A stretch of 64,000 nucleotides of DNA from Blepharisma stoltei ATCC 30299 (GCA_965603825.1 CBFDEM010000063.1:310001-374000), one strand, 5' to 3'. Positions 24,801-40,059 are shown, counted from the first letter of the stretch. Numbers and translations: made by a program. Notes: generated by a model not told the origin, from the letters alone.

Positions 24801-27800
24801 TAAATGAATCCTGTAAAATATGAAGATAAACTGCCACCGATTTTTATTTTTTGGTTGGTTTGGTCTCTATATATAAGCTTATTAAAAGTTGCAGAGGCCT
24901 TTGAAACATTGTTTAAATAAATTATCAAAGTCGTTGACACAGAAGAATTGCTGAATGAACATGTAAATGATAAATATTTTCACATTGTGAAAGGAGTGTT
25001 TGACAGAGTTTCTGATGAAGTTGTTTCTGATGGACTTTCTAATGTAATTAATATAGAACCAGAGGAATCCAAAATAATTTGCGAATTTGATAAAACATGT
25101 CCTGAGGCAATTACATTAATTCAAAAACCCATTGAGAAACTATAGGAAAGATAAATGCTTACATTTGATATTAAATATTGGTTTCCGCTGAAATATAAAC
25201 CTCTTTGCTTCGCTGGAATAGGATCTGAAGACTCAGGCGAATTAAAAAATTGAAAAGAAGTTGCGCTTGTCCCAGTTGTAAAAATTCCATAAGTCCCTTG
25301 AAAGTTTCCAATAAATGATGCATCAATCACAGGTGTAAAAACTGCTGTGCACGGGCTTGAATATCCATAAGGACAATCTCTTAAGCAAGCATTATAAAGT
25401 AGATGATAAGATGGGCCGCACGATAAACACAAAAAATATTTATTTGTTTGGCACTGACTGCATAAATTATCACAGATTGCACATCCATCCAAGCTTTGGT
25501 CCCAAAATGTGTTACTATTGCAAATGCATGTGGTGCCTGAAATGCTTGCATTTGCTATACAGGATGTGCAAGGACCATCAAAAGTTGTGCATGCGAGACA
25601 TTCTTTGTCTTTGCACAGTCTGCAAGTGAGTGCTGATCTGCAGCCATATGGACATGAGCCTACACAAGAAACGCATGAGCTTGAATAAAACTGTCCAAAA
25701 GGACAATTATCAGGACATTTAAGCTCAGAAGGGCAAGCAGCACATCCAGGACATCCTGATGTTATTCATTCTTGCAATGCGTAGGTATTATCATTATAAA
25801 TTTTGAAACTTCATAGGAAACCAGTAAATCCTCCCGATAGCGTACTATCTTTTCCGATATAAAGCGAGCCATTGTCTTTCATATATGCAAATGAGCTAGA
25901 CAAGCTTGCGGATATATAAACTCCATCTATTGACAAATATAATGCAGTTTTGCCTGATGGTAGATCGCCAGTAAATGCTATATAATGCCACCCTGAATAA
26001 AGAATTGAAGAGGTGCTTGCATATATCGTAGTTAAATCTGAAAGTAGAATATTCATTTTGTGATTCCCAGATGAAAAATTGAAATAGGAAAATATTGTTG
26101 TTCCATCAAATTTCATAAATAAATATCCGTCAGCAAGTGGCTTTACCCAAACTAGTAATGAAAAATAAGGACTCATGATAAATGATGTAAGACTCATATA
26201 GTTGGCACCTGAAAAATAGTATCCTCTATAAATTGAAGGAATTGGGTCAGTTGTTTCCCAAGAAGGATATTTATTAGAATTTGATAATCCTACGGAAACT
26301 CCATTGACTGTGTCTAGCTGAATTAGATTTTGTAAAGAAATGTCCAAGGGATTTGACGTAGTTAAAATACAGGAATTGGTTGAAGTATCAGCTGTATAGC
26401 CTGAAGGGCAATAAGTGAGACATAATGCTTTTAGCAAATAATAGCCAGAAGAACAAGAGCTGCATTGATAATAAAGAAGTCCAGTACATGAAGCACATCC
26501 AGTAAAGCAAGGAACGCATGAAAACCCATCAGATGACACATATCAGCCAATGTTACATTTGCATGGACTCCCAGAAGCATTCAAAACACAATTAGTGCAT
26601 TTATTTGGATCAAATCCAGTGCAAATGCTACAAAGAGGATCATCACAAATATTACAAGAACCACTTCTTGTGCATCCAAGAGTGCAAGTTGATTCGCAAT
26701 TCTGGCATGTTGTTGAAAACTTATATTTATTAAGAGGGCATGCCCATAGACAAGTTGCTAATAACCCAGAGCCACAAATTTCATTGAGTTGCGTTGTAAA
26801 ATCAACAATTGCGACATTCCATAGCTGATATTTGTACATAAATCCTGTGAAATATGATGTCGAGCTGCCACCAAGTGTAATCTTTTGATTGGCAAGATCC
26901 CTATATATTAAAGCGTTAAACGTAGATGATGTTCCAGAGACATTATTTAGATAAATTGTCACTGTTGTTATTGCGGCTGTGGAGCTAGTAAATGAGCATG
27001 TAAATGATAAATACTTCCAAGTTGTAAATGACGAACCTAAAATTGTTTGCATTGATGTTATCTCTGATGGACTTTCTAGTGGTATTTTTATAGAGCCAGA
27101 GGAATCCACAGCAATTCTTGAATTTGTTAAAATATCCCCTGAACTAATTACGTAAGTCCAGAAGCCCATTGAAAAACTATGGGAAAGATAGATATTGACA
27201 TTTGATATCAAATATTGGCTCCCATTAAAATATAAGCCTCGTTTTTTGGCTGGAATGGGATCTACTGCTTCAGGTGTATTAAAGAACTGGAAAGAAGTGG
27301 CACTTATTCCAGTAGTGAAGATTCCGTAAACTCCTTGGAAATCTGTATTAAATGATTCATTTATAACAGGTGTAAAAATTGCTATGCATGGGCTTGCATA
27401 GCCATATGGGCAGCCTTTTAAGCAGACATTCCAAATAATAGAATATGTTGCAACACAAGATGTGCACATAAAATATTTATTTGTTTGACAGACGTTACAC
27501 AAATTATCACAGATTTGGCATCCATCTGAGCTCTGTTCCCAAAATGTATTAGCATTGCAAACACAGGTCGTTCCTGAGATATGAGCATTTGGTATACAAG
27601 AGGTGCAAGAGCCATCAAAAGTAGTGCAGGTAACACATTCTTTGTCTTTGCATAATCTACAGGTTGATGCTGATCTGCAGCCATAAGGACATGTGCCAGT
27701 ACAAGATACACACGAGCTAGAATAAAACTGCCCAAAAGGGCAATTATCAGGGCATATTAGCTCAGAAGGGCAAATAGAACACCCAGGGCATCCAGACGAT

Positions 27801-30307
27801 ATATATTCTTGTAGAGCATAAGTATCATCATTATAAATTTTAAAATTCCATAAAAATCCAGTAAAACCTCCTGTTGCTGTATTATCTTTGCCAATACAAA
27901 GATCACCAGCATCTTTAAAATAAGCAAAAGATGTAGAAGTAACAGGAGTTACTGTAATCATATTAATTATCCGAGTTAAAACAGTTTGCCCAGAAGAAAG
28001 ACCTCCAGTAATTGCTATATAATGTCACGTCGTAGTAATACTCGGCGTGGTAGTGATGCTAAGAGGTGTTGAGTCTGAGAGCAAAATATTTATTTTTGGG
28101 ATACCTGAAATAAAATTAATAGTAAAATATTTAGTGGTGCCATCAAATTTCATAAATAAATATCCATTGTTTAGCATTCTTATTCAAAATAGCAATGTAA
28201 AATACGGACTAATCGTAAATGATGCAAGACTCATGTAATTACTGCCTGAAAAATAGTAGCCTCTATATATCGAAGGTATAGGATCTGTTGCTTCCCAATT
28301 AGGGTACTTATTTGTGTTTGAAGAGCCTACAGTGACTCCATTGACCATGTCTAATTGAATTAAATTCTGAAGAGAAATGCTTAAAGGGTTAGATGAAGAT
28401 AGAGTGCAAGAATGGCCTGATGAATCAGCTGTGTATCCTGAGGGGCAATAAGTAAGACACATTGTTTTTAATAAATAATAGCTTGATAAGCAAGAACTGC
28501 ATTGATAATAAAGAGCTCCTGCACAAGTAGCGCACCCATTAAAGCATGGCACACAAGAAAAACCGTCAGTAGAAAGCATATAGCCAGGATTGCAAGCACA
28601 GGGACTTCCAGATGCATTAGAAACACATTGAGTGCAAAGTCCTGTCAAGAACCCTGTGCATATACTGCAAAGAGGATCAAAACATACATTGCAAGATCCG
28701 CTTCTGACACATCCACAAGGGCATGAGTCGCAGTTTGTGATTGTAGCTCCGTTCATTCATTGAGTTAAAGAGCAAGCCCAAAGGCAGCTAGCAACTGCCC
28801 CTGAGCCGCATATTTGATCTGAGTATTGAGTATTAAAATTTGAGACAGCTACATTTCATAAAGTGAATTGATAAATGTACCCTACAAACTTACTTAAAGA
28901 GTTTTGTCCCAAATATATTGAATTACCTGCTGCATCTCTATATATGTATTGAGTAGTTGTAATAGAAGTTTGTGGAGAGTTGTTTAAATAAGGGACGATT
29001 GTTGTTGATATGGTTGATGATGAAAATGAAGCAACAAAAGAAATATAAACTCAGCCTGAGTTCGATGGATTTAATGCAGCAGTTGTTATTGGAGTAGTGG
29101 CTTCGAGTCTATTTTCTAATATAATTGTTAGAGCACCGTTTGCAGATATTGCTATTTTATTATTTGGACTATTTCCCAATATATCTCCTGAGCCTGGTAA
29201 TATTCAAACTCATATTCCTAAAGAGAAATTGAATGAAACGTAGACAGATGAAGATTGAAGATATGAGCCGCCGTAAAAGTATAGTCCTCTGTTTTTAGCA
29301 GGGAGTGGATCTACAGCTTCAGGACTAGTGAAAAAGTAACATCTGCTTGAGCTTGTCCCTGTTGTAAACAAGCCATAAGCTCCGTAAAAATAATTTGCAA
29401 AATTTTGATCAATAACAGGTGTTGAAATAGGAGTACAAGAGCCAAATCCATACGGGCACTCTCTTAAGCAGATATTTGACACTAAAACATTTGGGGATAC
29501 ACATGTGGTGCATATAAAATTTAAAGATCCACTACAGTCGCTACATAAATTATCGCATTTCTCACAAGTTTTTGTGGAAGATACCCAATAAGCATTTGGA
29601 CTACATTGGCATGCTCCGCTGACAGCCTGCGCATTTGTAATGCAAGAAATGCATGCTAAATTTATACTATCACAAGTAACACAAATTTGCTGATAGCACA
29701 TATTACAATAATCATTCGTAGCACAGCTTCCCCTCATTAAAATTATACCAGAAATTTTGGGAGCTTGTATAACAGGATGCAAGCGAACAATTAAATTCCC
29801 GCTAGAGTAGGCATTGCTTATTAAATTGCCTGAAATATAGACACTTCCACTTGAAAGTGTAAACTCAACAAAAAGGTCATAAGCAGAATTAAATCCAGCA
29901 AGAGCGAATAAGTCTAAATTGCTTAATACAATGTAATCTCCTACTTTTACAGTAAAAACCCTGGAATTTATAGTTGTATAATAGATTTCAGCAAATTGAA
30001 GAATCAGGACATATGTTCCATCAATGCTCACTGGGATATCATATCCCCAGATTCCAGCCGCTACTCTTTCTGATTTGTAAATATAGCTATTAATTGTACG
30101 TGCAATTGGAAGAGAAGAAGTGTCGAAATATGTAGCCATGACCCCAGTATAGTAATAATTAGAATCTGGAGTATAAGTAAAGCCAAAAGTTGAGGTATAA
30201 GCAGCTCCACCTACATTCATTGCTAGAACTACATTGGCAGGATCAAGAGAGTAACTCAAGAGTATTCCTGTAAGGAAAATCATCAGCTTTCTTAAGTCTC
30301 AGAACAT
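21812..30307 (-). CDS. Giant lectin-module multipass membrane protein, copy B (about 2821 aa): SP - malectin - L1 - L2 - L3 - L2 - L3 - L4 - stalk - TM domain
   Basis: All listed ORF fragments lie in one frame joined by TGA=Trp plus two 15-nt introns. Malectin motif (AMNVGG..Y...IYKSER..GYDIPV..GTYVLILQFAEIY...RVF), LamG-like GYYF.G...F.GF(I/L)(W/Y) modules and CxxC repeats. Not every gap was checked codon by codon. Confidence 0.8.
22208..22222 (-). other. 15-nt intron in copy B (GTAACTTTTATATAG)
   Basis: GT..AG, phase 0, in-frame TAG, conserved position. Confidence 0.85.
22481..22495 (-). other. 15-nt intron in copy B (GTAACCATAATTTAG)
   Basis: GT..AG, phase 0, in-frame TAG, conserved position. 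Confidence 0.85.
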
Positions 30308-31092
30308 TTTATTTATTCTCCTCCTTAATTTGGTAGTAAAAATATCTGATTATAAAGCAAAAATAAGATTAAATTAAAATGAGATCGTCATTTAAATAGT
30401 CTTTAAAAATTGAGTTTATGATACTTTTTAGTCTTTATTTTTCAAAACTGATTTAGCTTGTCATTGGAATAGAATTGATTGTAAACCATTGAGTAGTTCA
30501 ATATTTAAGTTGCTGAGCAAAATTAGAAAGCTTACGTAGCTTATGTTGACTTCATCTGAAAAGAAGTATAATAATTATAAAAATTTTTATTTAAGCGAAG
30601 AATGTTTTTATTGGAGTGGTGAAGCACTTGAGTTAAGATGCGGGAATGAATTATACTCTAATCATAATTATTCTCTTTTTCATATACAATCTTGTAAATT
30701 TATAATTGTTTATTCCTGAAATCAGCATAGGAATAAAGTCTGAACCACATAATTTAAGTATTTACAAGACTAGGTTTTGGAGCCAAGATAAAGCAATGAT
30801 CATATGGCATTCTTTTATAGCCTATACTTAATAATTTACTTACTGAAATAAATTAATTATGCTTGTTTCTTTGAAATAATTATATTATGCGCTGCATAAT
30901 TATTTGATATTATCACTATTATTCAAAAGTTAAGTAATAAAAATTGCTGAATTTTCTAAAAAAGATGTGCATTAGGATTACTTCTGCTTATAGCATAAAT
31001 GATAATTAAAAAATATTTTATCTAAATTTTTACAGTTTAAAATAAATAATCTGAGAGGTTTAAGCTATATTTATATTTTGCTTAATGCAATA

Positions 31093-34000
31093 TTATTCAA
31101 CACTAAGATCTTGGCTTTGAGTATCTGTATATGCCAAATTTTGATTTTCCCTTACAAATGATGGAATTTCGTCATCAAATAATGTGTTCAAATTATTTAA
31201 ATCTATTCTTTTCGCCTTTTTTGCTAATTTTACTGGATTTGAGCGTAAATTGCGACCAACATTTCTTTTAACTAAATAGTACAGTTCTTTCAAAGCGTTA
31301 ATTAGCGGTGCAACAGATTGCATTAACATAAGAAATATAACAACTAGCATAATCACTCTGTCCATCACATCAAGTCCAGCTTGCCCAAGATCAAAAAAAT
31401 ATGGACTAATCAGAACAAAAGTAATGAAAATTCCAAATTCAGTAAATAAATTGGTTAGTTGTATAACACTATCTTCAAAAGGCTTATATAAAAGCAAAAA
31501 GAGGACAATCTACATAAGAAATACGGTTAATGATGCTACCGCATTGATTGTGAGCTGACTCTGAGGAAAATCATTTAAAAAGACTTGAACTGCGATAAAA
31601 ATAAGCCGCCTTATGAAAAATATAGTATAATACTGCGTGCTCACGAATCCTGAATCATTTTTGAATTCGTAGAATAAAGAGTTTCAAGGAATGAGCCATT
31701 TTTTGTTGTTTTTGTTTATAATTTTGCTCTTATTATTGAAGCTAAAATAAAATAGGAATAGAGGAGTGATAATTATGATGACCTAAGTTGATATTACGAT
31801 GAAAAATCAGCAGAGAAGATAATTAATAAGTTTAATAGGATTTTCAAAGCTTCCATAGTTTTCTACACTTAAAATGCCTATTATAGCTGCAAAACCAACC
31901 TCCAAATAATTTACTATTCATAATCGTATAAATGTACTAAATTTATATTCATCAAGCAATTTTTTGAATTTCTTTCCTAAAAACCTGTGAGAGCATTTAG
32001 AAAAATAATGTACAAAAGGAATCATTGCTATGAGGCCAAACAAAATAGTCAAATCAGTTCCCGCATTTACAAATATCAAGTCACTATCATATCCATATTT
32101 TTTTGCTCAATAATAAGGAGTATTACCCTGGCTTTCATCAATAAAATATAAAAATACGTTTGGAACGAAGCCGAAACCGTTCATTGATTTAAAAAACTCA
32201 GAAACTTTATCTGTTAAAGGGTAGTTTGCGTAAGATATGTAAGAGAGAAGCTGAATAGTATTAAGCATAGCTCATAGTCCAGAAGGGTTCGGGCTAAACA
32301 TTGCCAAAGAAACACTTGAGCCGACAAGAACTGTTGACCCAGAAGATACTTGATTTTTTATTTGAGTGACTTCTTGCTGCTCAGAGGTCATGTATGAATA
32401 AAGAGAGCCTGATAAATAGCTTTCATGAATTACTCCACCTGATATTGATGAAATTTCAGTTGGATCATTAAAATATACTGTAATTATTGTACCCTCTGAG
32501 ATTCCTCCATTAAAATCGCATGATATGAGATATTCTTTATTTGAAATACAAGTTACAGACCAAGATGATATCGTTTGATTATGAACTTGTATAAAAATCT
32601 GATCATAGCTTAATTTTTCCTGCAATATATCACTGAAGGATAGAACTAAAGTATTATTTTTGTTGACTATGAGAGAAACATTAAAAGGAACTAATACACA
32701 AGTTGTTGTTCCAATATATCCAGGAGAGCAAACACAGTCCCCTGATTTTAAGATTGCATTATTTATACACCATGTGCACTTAGTTTCGCTATCACATTGA
32801 GCACAAAGAGGAGGACAGTCATAGCAAGAGTCATTTGCTTTGTATTGCCATTGATGACACATCTCGCATATTCCTGAGCTCGAATTCCAAGCGAGATCAT
32901 TATCGCATAGGCAATTTGTTGTATTTGACGACCCAGATATGCATTCAAGGCAGGAGTCTGCAGTGTAATCAGAGCAAGATACACATTTAGGATTGTCACA
33001 AAGGCTACAAAATTTACTAGAATCTCTGCAGCTTGAGCATTCACTGCTACATTCGGAGCATTTATTATATTGTGGGCCAGCCCAGTACTGATTAATGAGA
33101 CAATTAGGAATGCAGACATCAGTTGTAAGGCATGCTTTACAATTTTCTGTACATTGTGCTGCAGGTAATGAGAGGGACGATATAATTTTTACTGAGTTAT
33201 ATCCCTTAATATCGTAAATAAACCCTTTAAAATAATTAGAATAGCCTGAAGAGCCTATTTCTGCTCCAAGTGTAAAAGTAAAGTCCGTTCTCGTATCCTT
33301 AAAGTAGTCAGATCCGAAATCAACCTGATGATCTTCAGCTCCATTTAAATAGAATGCCATTTTCGTATTTTTCAAATTTGTATATTCTGCAGAAAAAGCT
33401 ATATGATTTCATAAGTAAGATTCAAGACTTTGCAAATAAAAGAAATAGTTTAGTCCTGAACCTTTAAAGTTTAATGAAATCATTACAACCCCTGATACTA
33501 ATTGGAGAGAAAAGATTGGCTTATAGAGATTATCTTGTTTTGAGATAATCGTTCCAAAGCCACTCTCTATGTTAATTCATATCGAAAATGTAAATGAATA
33601 GCCAAAGCTGAGAACTGGAGTGCTGTAATTAGAGTAAATAGGCAAATGCATAATTGAGCTTACTCCATTGAAATAAAATCCTCTATTTGAGGCAGCTAAT
33701 GGATCAAATGGATCATAATCTGGATAAAACGCTGTACTATTCCCAGTTAATGCAGGAATGCTACTTTGTTTGTCAAAAACAACCCCATCCAGAGTATCAA
33801 AGGATAGGTAGAATATAAAAGGATCTTTTTCTAAACACACTGATCCACTCTCTATAAACCCATCTGGACACTTCGAAATACACCAGCCTAAATACATATA
33901 AAACCCAGATGCACAAACTATGCAATCTCCAGAAGTTGAAGATGTGCAATTTTTGCATGAATAATCACATAAATTGCATTCTTCATTAGTTAAATCCCAA

Positions 34001-37000
34001 TAGTATCCATCGATGCATACACAAACTGATGAAGATAAATAGGCATGATCTCTACAGGTTTTGCAAGCTGATGTATAGTCATCGCATTCTAAGCAAATTA
34101 CATCTTGACATAGGTTACAATTTTTATCATGTCTCACACATCCCCAAGTGCATTGAGCTTGGCATGAAGTGCAACTTGATCCATCTGGATAATATGGCAA
34201 ATCACAATTTGGGATGCATTCATTTGATAATTCTATCGGGCAAAATGAGCATCCTAAGCAAGTTCCTGAAGTCATCATACTACTAATTGGTTCATCAACA
34301 TTATAAATATTAATACTTCATAAAAATCCAGTATAAAAGTTTGTATTTGAGTTCGCATCAGCTCCAATGGCAATAGAAAACGATGAAGAAATATCTTGAT
34401 ATCATGAATCTACGAGATCTAAGTATATTTCATAGTTAGAGTCAACGTAAAATGAAATTTGTTGCTGAGGCATGGAACTTATTATGCTCTTAGTTGCAAT
34501 AAAATTCCAAGATCCTAAAGTGACTGATAAGCTGGTGCTTGCATATGAAAATGTTGTCCCATCTTGCAATTTAATAGAGAAATTAAGCTTTCCTGAAATC
34601 AGTGAAAAGACAATAAAATTTGAAAGTGAGCTGTCTTGTTTCGAAAATATGTAACCAGTGTCTAAAGCTGGATTTATTCATGCTGAAATAGTGAATTCTG
34701 TTCCAAAAGTTAAAGAGGGGGGACTATCAATTGATTTCATAAAGGAGGTTCCTCTAAAGTAGTATCCTCTCAGTTCTGTAGCGTATGGATCTTCGGGCGT
34801 ATAGAATGGGTAAAAGCTATTATCATTACCAGTTTGAAAGGCAACGTTTCCTACTGAGTCATAAACTGTATCCTTTATCTGGATGAGTCTTAAGCTGAAT
34901 ACTAAATCATTTGATAAATTGCATTGATTGCCAACTACAGAGTATCCAGAAGGACAAAATTCCAAGCAAATATTTGATAGCATAATCAAGGAAGTCCCAC
35001 ATTGGATGCATTCAGTAAAAGATGGTCCAGAGCATGTAGAACAAATCGTATGGCAAAGATCACATGTCTCTGCATTCCCGTTCCAATAAGCATTTTGGTT
35101 GCATTGGCATAAATCTTCTACAAATCCCGCATTTGCTATACAGCTTAAGCACTTATTTGAAAAAGATGTGCAGGAATAGCATTCTTTTTCACTGCAAAGT
35201 GTGCATGCTAGATTGCTTCTACACCCATTAGAGCATGATGTTTTGCATGGATCACATGTAGTGCTATCAGGATAATTTGCTAGCGAGCAAGAGCTTGGAC
35301 AGAAATCTCCAGCCGGGCAACTTGTGCAAGGGTTTGCAGTGCAAGTCGTAGTTGTTCAGTCGGAACTGGCATGAGTTTCATCATTATATATTTTTAAACT
35401 CCATAGGAATCCTTTGAAGCCAGTCTGTGACGCATTATCAAAGCCAATTTGAAAAATTCCAGAAACACTATCTCTTAAGTATGTTTGAGATAATGAAGTT
35501 TTTGTCATAGTAAGTGATGAATCTATATAACTATAAGAACTATAAGTCCCATCTGGATTAGTTGATCCGGAAAATGACAAGTAATGCCAATCAGCAAATA
35601 AATTTTGTGGTGTAGCTGCGTTAAGAGATGATCCGTCTTTAAGTAATAAATTGAGATTTGGATACCCGCTGCTATCAGTTTTAACAACTAAATATTGAGA
35701 AGATCCATTGTATTTTTCAATTAAAGCTCCCTGGTCTATGACCTTAACCCAAAGCATGATGGAGAAATAAGGACTCAAAATTAAAGAGCTAGTCATATGA
35801 CTTTGTCCAGTAAAATAGTATCCACGGCTAATTGAAGGAATGGGATCATTTGAATCAATAACTGGATAAGTATTTGTATTGCTACTTCCAACACTAAATC
35901 CTGATAAAGTGTCAAGCACTATATAATCATCCAGTTCTAAATCTACAACTAAACTGTTCACTAAGTCACATTCATTCGTGCCTGTATTTTGACTATAACC
36001 ACTTGGGCATTGAGTATCACATAGGAAATTAAAAAAATAATAAGAAGAGTCGCAAGCTGAGCATTGGTAATAATGTGATGATGAGCAAATAGAGCATCCA
36101 GTAAAGCAAGGCAAGCAAGAAAACCCATCTGGAGACAAGTAATAGTCTAAATCGCAACTACAAGGTGAGCCATGGGCATGTGAAACACAAGTAGTGCACT
36201 TATTTGTATCAAATCCAGTGCACACACTACAAAGGGGGTCATCACAAACATTACAAGATCCACTTCTCGTGCATCCCAAAGTACAAGTAGAATCACAACT
36301 CTGGCATGCTGCTGAATATCAGTATTTACTTATATCGCATCCCCATAGACAAGTAGCTAATAAACCAGATCCACAAATTCCATTGAGCTGTGTTGAAAAA
36401 TCAGAAATAGCAACATTTCAGAGTTGATATTTGTAGATAAAGCCTGTGAAATGCGATGATGAGCTGCCACCTATTTTGATTTGTTGATTAGCCTGATCTC
36501 TATAAATTAGAGTATTGTAAGTAGATGATGCAACAGAAACATTGTCGTTATGAACAGTTAAAGTAGTTATTACTGTCGGGTTGTCAAATGAACATGCAAA
36601 TGATAAGTATTTTCACATTGCAAAAGGAGTGCTTGACAATGTTTGTGATAAAGCTGCCTCTGATGGACTTTCTAATATAATTTTTATAGAGCCAGATGAC
36701 TCTACAGTAATTCTTGAATTAGACAAAATATCTCCTGAAGAAATTACATAAATCCAGAAACCCATCGAGAAACTATGTGAAAGATAAATATTAGTATTTG
36801 ACATTAAATATTGACTTCCATTGAAATATAAACCTCTTTGCTTTGCTGGAATTGGATCCACAGACTCAGGTGAATTAAAGAATTGATAAGAAGCTGTGCT
36901 AGCCCCAGTCGTAAAAACTGCATAAGTTCCTGTGAAGTCCCCATTAAAAGCTGCATCTATAACAGGTGAAGTGACTACTATGCATGGACTTGTAAATCCA

Positions 37001-38265
37001 TATGGGCAGGCTCTTAAACAAATATTTGAAATAAGATAATAGGATGAGCCACAAGATGAGCATAAATAATATTTGTTTGTTTGGCACTGGCTACATAAAT
37101 TGTCGCAGATTTGGCACCCATCAGAGCTTTGCTCCCAAAAAGCATTATTATTGCAGACACATGTCGTCCCTGAAAGGCTGGCGTTTGCTATGCAAGATGT
37201 GCAAGAACCATCAAAAGCTGTGCATGCGAGGCATTCTTTATCCTTGCATAGCCTGCAGGTAAGTGTTGATCTGCAGCCATAAGGGCACGAGCCTACACAA
37301 GAAACGCAAGAACTAGAATAAAACTGTCCAAATGGGCAACTATCGGGACATTTAAGCTCAGAAGGACAAGCAGTGCATCCAGGACATCCTGATGTTATTC
37401 ATTCTTGCGATGCGTAAGTATTATCGTTATAAATCTTCAAACTCCACAAAAATCCAGTGAATCCTCCTGATCCCGTGTTATCTTTTCCAATGTAAAGTGC
37501 TCCAAGATCTTTATAATATGCTGAGGAGGTAGAGGTAGCTGAAATTGATGTTCCTCCATCAATTGACTGAGTAAGAACAGTTTGTCCAGAAGCAATTCCG
37601 CCAGTAAACGCTATATAATGCCAGCTTGATAATAGGCTTGAAGATCCATTTATATTAACTGTAGTTGAATCTGAAAGCCGAATATTAATCGCAGAAATTC
37701 CTGAGGCAAAATTTGTGTAAAAGTATTTTGTAGTGCCATCGAATTTCATAAATAAATATCCATTATTAATAGGCTTTACTCAAATTACTAATGAAAAATA
37801 AGGGCTCATCGTAAATGATGTAAGAGTCATATAGTTGCTACCTGAAAAATAGTATCCCCTATAAATTGAAGGAACCGGATCTGTTGTTTCCCAAGTAGGG
37901 TATGTATTTGAGTTTGAAGATCCTACAGAAACTCCGCTTACTGTATCTAATTTAATTAAATTCTGTAGCGATAGACTTAAAGAGTTGGATGAAGATAGAG
38001 TGCATGAATGGCCTGATGAATCAGCAGTGTATCCTGAAGGGCAATAAGTAAGGCAAATTGTTTTTAACAAATAATAACCTGAAGAGCAAGAGCTGCATTG
38101 ATAATAAAGAGTTCCGGTACAAGAAGCACACCCAGTAAAGCATGCTACGCAAGAAGTCCCATCAGTAGAAGTCATATAACCACTACCACAAGACACAGGC
38201 CCTCCAGAATAGCACATGATTATGCTGGTCAAAATAATTAGAAATTGTCCAATTTTAATTCTCAT
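31093..38265 (-). CDS. Giant lectin-module multipass membrane protein, copy C (about 2380 aa): SP - L2 - L3 - L4 - L5 - L6 - stalk - TM domain, no malectin
   Basis: ORF fragments are all in one frame via TGA=Trp and two 15-nt introns. Signal peptide MRIKIGQFLIILTSIIMCYS runs directly into the Cys repeat before L2. Confidence 0.8.
31510..31524 (-). other. 15-nt intron in copy C (GTATTTCTTATGTAG)
   Basis: GT..AG, phase 0, in-frame TAG, conserved position. Confidence 0.85.
31783..31797 (-). other. 15-nt intron in copy C (GTAATATCAACTTAG)
   Basis: GT..AG, phase 0, in-frame TAG, conserved position. Confidence 0.85.
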
Positions 38266-39046
38266 TTTATATTTTAATTATCCCTCGAAATTTGGCGAAT
38301 AAATAGCAGTGATGATAATAATAAAAATGATGACGTATATATGAAATTAAATGTTCTATGTGGTTAAAAGATTTTTAAATCTTAGAGACCAAAAATATCA
38401 AATAATAATTGTATAGATTATGCTCTAATCTTGATTTTCTCCACAAAAAAATAAGCTGAAATAACGGAGATTGCATTATGGCATGCTAAAAAAATTGGAT
38501 TCTTTAATTAATGTATTTAAATTTAATCTATTGAGTTTGAAAGATCATTGCTGCTTTTATAATTTTATAAGTTAGTTGTGTAATTAATTATTTAAAAACT
38601 TCAACATATTTCGACTATTAACTCTTAAGTTAATTTTTTTAGCAGCCCACCTCACCACACCATTTTAAAATCATAGCAGTTCTTGTCTATCAGATGTTTA
38701 ATTTCTGAAGAACCTTAGATCCCATTAGTCTCTTGAGTCGTAATGGAGCTGAGAGCTCAGCCTTAGAATATGCTCCACCAAAGATTCTTCGCTCCTCAAA
38801 AGAACTTACTATATAAAGCCAACGTCTTCTTAGGCAGCAAGGATTAGATTCAGCATCTGTCTAATTAGCTATCCAATAGTCCATTTGAAAAGTCGAATTC
38901 AAACATTCTGATGATTTTCAAAATTAGCATTTTGGTATTATTATTCAAAGACTAAAATAAGATAACTTTAATTTTAAAATATTTAGCAATTAAGCTTAAT
39001 AATTATTTTTATCTTAAGAATAGCATTTCTTAATGTCAGCAATGAT

Positions 39047-39285
39047 CTAGTTTGGATTAGATATCTGTGTAAAATTTTGGTTTTCTCCAACATCTGCTAT
39101 AGTTTCATTGCCAAAAAAGTCTCCTAAATTGTTTAGATCTATCCTATTCGCTTTTTTCGCTAATTTTATTGGATTTGAGCGTACATCTTTTCCAAAATTT
39201 CTTTTAACTATATAGTAAAGCTCTTTAAAGGAGTTTATAATTGGCCCTGCAGATTGGGCCATCATAATTGATATAACTATACAAC
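39047..39285 (-). pseudogene. Remnant copy D: last TM helix and cytoplasmic tail only
   Basis: MMAQSAGPIINSFKELYY..RIDLNNLGDFFGNET is close to the copy F tail. The 3' flank (~38985-39046) also matches the copy F flank (~48795-48860). Confidence 0.85.
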
Positions 39286-39786
39286 ATTATTAGACTTTTA
39301 ATCTATAAAACATTATTTTTCGAGCGATTAAGCTAATAACTAAAATTAACTAACTAATAAGACTATTATACACTGTTAGCGGAGATCTTGACTTGGGGTA
39401 ACTGTGTGTGCAAATTGTATATTTTCTCCCATATTTGTCGGAGTCTTGTCCTCAAAAAAATCATTCAAATTGTTTAGATCTATTCTTTTTGTACTTTTTG
39501 ATAGTTTAACTGGGTTTGGGCGTAGATCTCGACCAAAATTTCTTTTGATTAGACTATATAATTCTTTTAAAGAATTTAAAAGCAGCCCAGCAGATTGTAC
39601 AATCATAAGGGATAAAACAAAAAGCATAATAACACAATCCATAGCATCAAGTGCAGTTGATCCGAGATCAAAAAAATATGGACTCAGAAGCATAAAAACA
39701 ATAGAAATGCCACATTCTGTTATCAAGTTTGTAGTCTGAATAATTGTGTCTTCGAAAGGCTTATATACAAATAGAAAAAGTGCGAT

Positions 39787-39801
39787 CTATATAAGAAATA
39801 C
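39787..39801 (-). other. 15-nt intron in copy E (GTATTTCTTATATAG)
   Basis: GT..AG, phase 0, in-frame TAG, conserved position. Confidence 0.85.
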
Positions 39802-40059
39802 ACATAATGATGCTACAGCATTTATTGTGAGCTGACTTTGAGGGAAATCATTTAGAAACACTTGGGTTGCGATAAAAATTAATCGTCTTATAAAAAACAA
39901 AGAATAATACTGTGTGCTGATAAATCCTAAATCATTTTTGAATTCATAATATAAAGAGTTTCAAGGAATTAGCCATTTTCTGTTTCTTTTGTTTATAATT
40001 TTGTTTAAATTTTTGAAGCTAAAATATGAATGAATTAGTGGGGTGATAATTATAATGAC

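Noticed and set aside
38640-38900. GC-richer intergenic patch with GCTGAGAGCTCAGC near-palindrome
   Set aside because: No recognisable RNA family or protein motif, and only short stop-free runs. It may be a decayed fragment but I cannot support a call.
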